Shown: positions 6,801-10,792 of the stretch, one piece after another
Position numbering within the stretch: position 1 is the first letter of the stretch
Layout: each line of letters starts with the position of its first letter
Source: Fonticula alba ATCC 38817
Taxonomy: Eukaryota > Protista > Nucleariida
Assembly (NCBI GenBank): GCA_000388065.2
Contig: KB932210.1
Strand: one strand, 5' to 3'
Length of the DNA: 10,792 bases
Notes under the pieces: generated by a model
Told to the model about the DNA's origin: nothing
The model's database searches: none
The model's input: the letters and a program-made list of their open reading frames with translations, nothing else
Translations under genes and position numbers: made by a program

Positions 6801-9265
6801 AGCACCGAGTGCCTGCCGGACTGCGCCCCCGACTTGCTGGCCCTGCCGGCCGGGCAGTGGCCCATGCGCTGCGTGCCGGCCTGCCCGGCCGGGTACCACA
6901 CCTCGGCGGCCGGGTGCGCCCCCTGCGGCGCGCACTGCGCCAGCTGCCCGGAGTCGAACGACACGTGCGCCCTGTGCGAGCGCGGGTGGCTGCTGGACGC
7001 GCCGAGCTGCGTGGCCGAGTGCCCCCCCTCCTCGGTGGCGCAGGGCGGGCTGTGCGCCACCTGCCACGCCACCTGCGCCACGTGCTACGGGCCGGAGCCG
7101 GGGCACTGCCTCACCTGCGGCCCGGCGTCCCCGCTGCTGGTCGGGGGCACCTGCTTCGAGGCCTGCCCGGAGGGGACCTTCCAGGTGGCCAGCGCCTGCC
7201 AGCCATGCGACGGGAGCTGCGCCGCGTGCGCCGGCCCGAGCGGCACCGACTGCACCCGGTGCCCCGGTGACCGGGCGCTGCTGTCAAGTGGCGCGTGCGC
7301 CGCGTCCTGCCTGCCGGGCGAATACCCCGCCGGGGACCCCGGCGGCGGGGCCGGCCGGGTGTGCGCGCGATGCGACGGCTCCTGCGCCACGTGCTCCGGG
7401 CCGTCGGCCGCCGAGTGCACGGCCTGCCCGCCGGGCCGGCTGCTGCTGCTGCCCGACCACACGTGCGTCAGCACCTGCCCGGCTGGGCACCTTGCCTGCG
7501 ATGCGACCCGGGAGTGCGAGGCCTGCCCGGCCGGGTGCACCCACTGCCAGGGCGATGCCAGCTGCCGGGCGATGTGCACCGCGTGCGAGGATGGCCTTCT
7601 CCTCTCGGGCATGGCCTGCGCGGCCATCTGCCCGGCGGGGCACTTTGCCCCGGCCGGGTCGCGCATCTGCGAGCCCTGCGACGGTGCTTGCAACACGTGC
7701 ACCGAGCGGCCGGACAGGTGCACCAGCTGTGCGGCGGGCTTCCTGCTGCCGGCGGAGGGGGCCTGCGCCGGCGCCTGCCCGGCCGGCTCGGCGCCCCTGT
7801 CCACGCCGGACCGGGTGTGCCTGGCGTGCCCGGCCGACTGCGAGCAGTGCACCGCGGCCGGTGGCCAGGCCGGCTGCACTGTAAATGACGACGGGTCGCT
7901 GGCGTGCCCGAGCGTGGGCTCGTGCTCGCGCTGCGCCGCGCACTTCCTGCTGCTGCATGGGGCCTCCTGCGTCGGGTCCTGCCCGGTGGGCATGTACGAC
8001 GGGTGGGAGGCCTCGCCGGCGGCCTGCCTCGCGTGCCGGGCCGGCTGCGCCGAGTGCACCGGGCCCGAGGAGGCGGACTGCGTGCGGTCGGCCGGGCCCT
8101 CCTCGCGCGGGCTGGCCCTCGGCCTGGGCATCGGCCTGGGCCTGCTGATGCTGCTGCTGCTGCTGGTGGCGCTGCTGGTCCTGCTGTGGCGGTACCGCCG
8201 GGCGGCCAAGTCCGGGGGCATGGACCGCATGGATGATGAGGACGCCACCGTCATGAACACCATCGTGGAGCTGTCGCTCCCGGGCAGCATCCTGGTGAGC
8301 ATTGCCAATGACTTCGCCCCGCTGAACGAGGATGCGCTGGGCGCCGGGACCCAGGCGTCGGTCTACGCGGCGCGCGCCGTCGGGGCCGGCATCTCCGACC
8401 GGCTGGGCTGCCCGGGCACCGTGGCCATCAAGCAGCTGAAGGCCGAGCGCATGACCCCCACCCAGGTGACCCTCTTCCAGAACGAGGTGGCGCTGATGTG
8501 GCTGCTGCGCGACGCGCCCAACATCGTCCGGCTGTACGGCTACAGCGACCAGCCGCCGGCCATGGTGATGGAGCGCTACCACACGGACCTGGCCACGCTG
8601 CTGCACTCGGAGGTGCCACTGGCGCCGCACGTCCTGCTGGACATCGTGCAGCAGTGGGCCACCGGGCTGGAGGCCATGCACGCGCAGGGCATCGCCCACC
8701 GGGACCTGAAGCCGGGCAACGTGTTTGTCAGCCAGCGCCCGGACGGCGCATGGACCGCGGCCCTCGGCGACCTGGGCACCACCCGCAACCTCAACACCGA
8801 CCGGTCGTCCACCCTGGTGAGCCAGGCGCCGGAGCTGAATGCCCTGACGGCGCGGTACGCGGCGCCGGAGGTGCTGGCCGCCTTCCAGCGGAAGCGCCCG
8901 CTGGACCCGGAGCTCCTGCTCCCGGCGGACATCTACAGCGCGGCCATCATGCTGTGGGAGTGCCTCACGCGCACGGTCCCCTGGAAGGGTGCGCGTGTCT
9001 TTCTTCTTCTTTTTTTTTCCAACCCTGCCCCGCTCTCGCCTCCCGGGCTGCCGGTCCTAACGCCTCCGGCCATCCAGCACTGAACTTCGAGCAAATCGCC
9101 ACCGGGGTCCTGTCCGGCGACCGGCCATCCGCCCCCGCGGCCTTCGAGGCCCTGGACGACCTGCTGACGCTGGCGTGGGCCGCGAATCCGCATGCCCGGC
9201 CGCTGGCCGCGTCGCTGCGGCAAAAGTCCGCCATGCTGGCGGTCCTGTCGGGCCCCGGGCCCTGA
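2269..9265 (+). CDS. Furin-like Cys-rich repeat receptor protein kinase, TKL-like Ser/Thr; spliced join(2269..3658,4021..5033,5076..8988,9078..9265), about 2167 aa
   Basis: Three GT-AG introns with branch motifs join track ORFs 1939..3921, 3558..5072, 5091..9083 and 8498..9265 in consistent phase, and the total of 6504 nt is divisible by 3. Product has a signal peptide, furin-like repeats, a TM helix and a complete kinase motif set. Confidence 0.88.
3659..4020 (+). other. Intron 1 (362 nt, phase 1)
   Basis: GTACGT donor, internal (CA)31, branch-like TACTGAC at 3916-3922, first downstream AG at 4019-4020. Splicing gives GFYYQRDSSTS-Q-IECKPCPQQGCEVC, an intact furin-like repeat. Confidence 0.8.
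3793..3854. repeat. (CA)31 microsatellite in intron 1
   Basis: Uninterrupted CA run; source of the HTHTHT and CVCVCV translations. Confidence 0.97.
4021..5033 (+). CDS. Exon 2: end of Cys-rich region 1 and most of domain D2
   Basis: Open frame of track ORF 3558..5072 from IECKPC to APAPDHFL, with GC3-rich codon usage like the other exons. Confidence 0.8.
5034..5075 (+). other. Intron 2 (42 nt, phase 0, contains in-frame TAA)
   Basis: GTGGGC donor and a GCTAACAG end in which the CTAAC branch motif abuts the AG. Removal deletes the only stop between two same-frame ORFs and gives PDHFL-WLAAHL. Confidence 0.72.
5076..8988 (+). CDS. Exon 3: end of D2, furin-like repeat array, TM helix, kinase subdomains I-IX
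   Basis: Long open frame (track ORF 5091..9083) with coherent Cys spacing and kinase motifs up to LWECLTRTVPWK. Confidence 0.9.
5523..8081 (+). repeat. Coding array of 18 furin-like cysteine-rich repeats
   Basis: Counted 18 CxxxCxxC cores (CHARCATC, CHEKCLTC, CAASCATC ... CPADCEQC, CRAGCAEC), typically followed by CxxC, and in most units CxxxCPxG(F/Y/H) elements. Units are degenerate at the DNA level. Confidence 0.92.
8112..8189 (+). other. Single transmembrane helix (type I topology)
   Basis: LALGLGIGLGLLMLLLLLVALLVLLW followed by RYRR (positive-inside rule). Confidence 0.93.
8337..9220 (+). other. Protein kinase domain, TKL-like, split by intron 3
   Basis: LGAGTQASVY (Gly loop), VAIK 8421-8432, helix-C QNE, HRDLKPGN 8697-8720, DLG 8769-8777, LTARYAAPE ending 8870, DIYSAAIMLWE, and subdomain XI R in HARP 9191-9202. 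Confidence 0.92.
8989..9077 (+). other. Intron 3 (89 nt, phase 1)
   Basis: GTGCGC donor, T-rich tract (TTCTTCTTCTTTTTTTTTCC) near the 5' end, CTAAC branch at 9057-9061, CCAG acceptor. Splicing gives VPWK-A-LNFEQIATGVLSGDRP, typical of kinase subdomains IX-X. Confidence 0.88.
9078..9265 (+). CDS. Exon 4: kinase subdomains X-XI and C-terminus
   Basis: LNFEQIATGVLSGDRPSAPAAFEALDDLLTLAWAANPHARPLAASLRQKSAMLAVLSGPGP*, TGA at 9263-9265. Confidence 0.87.
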
Positions 9266-9585
9266 GCCCTTGTGGCCGGCTGCGCTCCGGCGCCAATACA
9301 CCGCGAACCCCCCCTGCCCGGCGATGCCATTGGGTGCGGGGATAGATGGGGGCATGGCCATCCGGCGGGGTGCCGCTCGGGGGCCCGGCCGGCCCGGCCG
9401 TCTCGGATGGCGACGGCGCGCATCCCAGGGAGGAGGGTGTCCGGCCGCCAGCCGCGGCCATGCACCCCCGGGCGATGGGGCCTGCCCCGGGGGGGCGCTT
9501 GGCCGTGCCCGGCACACCAGGAGCCCGAGGGCGGCCAGGCCCCGCTGCCGGGCACGATATGCTGCCCGATGCGGCCCGCCGGCGC

Positions 9586-9797
9586 GGGGGGGGGGGGGGG
9601 GGGAGACAGGGAACATGGCATGGCCGGGCCCCGGGGCCTGCATCAGGCCCGCGCCGGCGCCGCGGGGGGCGGGGGGCGCGCGGGGGGGGGGCCCGCGGCG
9701 GCGGCGCCCGAGCGGGGGGGGGGGGGGGGTGGGGGGCGGTGTGGGGCGGGGGCGGAGCGCCGGGGGCGGGGGCGGGGGGGGGGGGGGGGGGGGGGGG
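9586..9797 (+). other. G-run cluster with G-quadruplex-forming potential
   Basis: G18, G16 and G24 runs plus many G4-G10 runs separated by 1-7 nt linkers. Structure formation is inferred, not shown. Confidence 0.6.
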
Positions 9798-9839
9798 AGA
9801 CAGGGAACATGGCATGGCCGGGCCCCGGGGCCTGCATCA
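9604..9839. repeat. Exact 42-bp direct repeat (9604-9645 and 9798-9839), each copy preceded by poly-G
   Basis: AGACAGGGAACATGGCATGGCCGGGCCCCGGGGCCTGCATCA occurs twice, 194 nt apart, after G18 (9586-9603) and G24 (9774-9797). Confidence 0.93.
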
Positions 9840-10519
9840 CGGTCACAGCCATGGCGCCGGACCGCCCCCTCGCCGTGTGCCGGGCTCGGCCCGGCCGGCC
9901 GCGGGACTTGCGCTTGGTGTTGCCGGCGGCCCCGGCCAAAGGGGGGGGGGGAGAACTCCGGGCCGCTTTTCTCCGTGCCGCCCGCCTGGCCCGCTACCGG
10001 CATTAGCCCGGCGCAGGCCGGTGCCCGTGCTCCTGTAGAATGCCCATGCTGGAGGCGAATGGGCGCGCGCGCGCGTGCCTACGCGGGGCTGCGCTAGCCG
10101 GCGGCATGCCGAGCTCAGACCCCCCCCCCCCCGGGCAACGGGCCCGGCCCGGGCTGTGGGCCCCACGGGGATGCCGCCCGCCGGGGCTCTGGGTGTGTCG
10201 AGACCAAGGCGGGCCGGCGGGCACCCCACCCCCCCAGCAGCGGTCCGCCCGTGTGCCGGGGAAACAAACGCCACCCGGTGGGCCCGGTTTGCGCAGGACG
10301 CGGGGGCCCCTTTTAGTGGTGGCCGGGGCGGGGGGGGGGTCAGCCGCGCCCCATCAAATGCGGCCGGCGCCCCCACGAGGGAGGAGGCGCCTGCGGCTCC
10401 GCGGACACGGCGGCGGGGGTGCTCTTTCGGCCCGCCGCTGCGGATGGCCAGCGGCGGTGTTGTTTTTCGGTCGCCCCGTGGTGGGGCCTGCTTCCATCCC
10501 GCCATCCATGTTGGCTTGA

Positions 10520-10553
10520 TGTTGTTGTTGTTGTTGTTATTGTTGTTGTTGTT
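10520..10553. repeat. (GTT)n trinucleotide microsatellite with one ATT interruption
   Basis: About 11 units; source of the poly-N, poly-L, poly-T and poly-Q translations. Confidence 0.92.
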
Positions 10554-10604
10554 TTCGCCGGCACAGCGCTGATGTGCCTCGGGCCAGGCGCCCCGCACGG
10601 CCGG

Positions 10605-10627
10605 CCCCCCCCCCCCCCCCCCCCCCC
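10605..10627. repeat. C23 homopolymer
   Basis: Read directly. Other long runs: C16 997-1012, C14 1231-1244, C11 1397-1407, G16 1527-1542, G11 9941-9951. Confidence 0.9.
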
Positions 10628-10792
10628 GAGCCTCTGCCGTATGAAAACCGGGCGGGCCCGTAGCATAACATGCCAACTAATGCCGCCCGCCGGGGGGTCT
10701 TTGGGGCCGGCGCCCGCCGGGACCCGGGCGCATTCATTTGTCCCTTTCATTCCTCGCCGGGCGCCCACCGCCGCGGGTGGGGGGCCGCTCGC

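Noticed and set aside
142-8240. Protocadherin-like model in which the upstream ectodomain+TM exon splices onto the downstream gene's kinase
   Set aside because: Phase-0 AGs exist in the juxtamembrane coding region (AAG, GAG), but they have no branch motif or pyrimidine tract, and a good local acceptor exists at 266. No sequence support.
4554-8932. Long antisense and alternative-frame ORFs (4554..7106, 5273..7081, 7085..8308, 7284..8699, 6070..7884)
   Set aside because: Shadow ORFs expected from high GC3 codon usage in the real exon; no recognisable domains.
8989-9083. C-terminal hydrophobic tail ARVFLLLFFSNP... in track ORF 5091..9083 as a second TM or anchor
   Set aside because: It is the translated T-rich tract of intron 3; the spliced form restores kinase subdomains X-XI.
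9266-10792. ORFs in the 3' region with poly-P, poly-G, poly-N, poly-L and poly-T tracts
   Set aside because: Translations of G/C homopolymers and the (GTT)n repeat; no coding signature or domain.

Overview
Very GC-rich eukaryotic genomic DNA with spliceosomal introns, microsatellites, long G/C homopolymers and a 181-nt N gap. It is dominated by one + strand gene that I reconstruct as four exons, join(2269..3658,4021..5033,5076..8988,9078..9265) = 6504 nt, 2167 aa plus stop. It encodes a single-pass receptor kinase: signal peptide, cysteine-poor domain D1, short furin-like Cys-rich region, second cysteine-poor domain D2, 18 furin-like CxxxCxxC repeats, TM helix, and a TKL-type Ser/Thr kinase. 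The window opens with the 3' end of a co-oriented paralog that has a nearly identical TM-start sequence (34/36 nt) but only a short cytoplasmic tail and no visible kinase. Composition, fungal-like intron signals and this receptor family suggest a holomycotan amoeba such as Fonticula alba; this is inference from recall and needs BLAST. Nearly all other ORFs in the track are GC-rich shadow ORFs or translated simple repeats. All exon boundaries are predicted from sequence alone.
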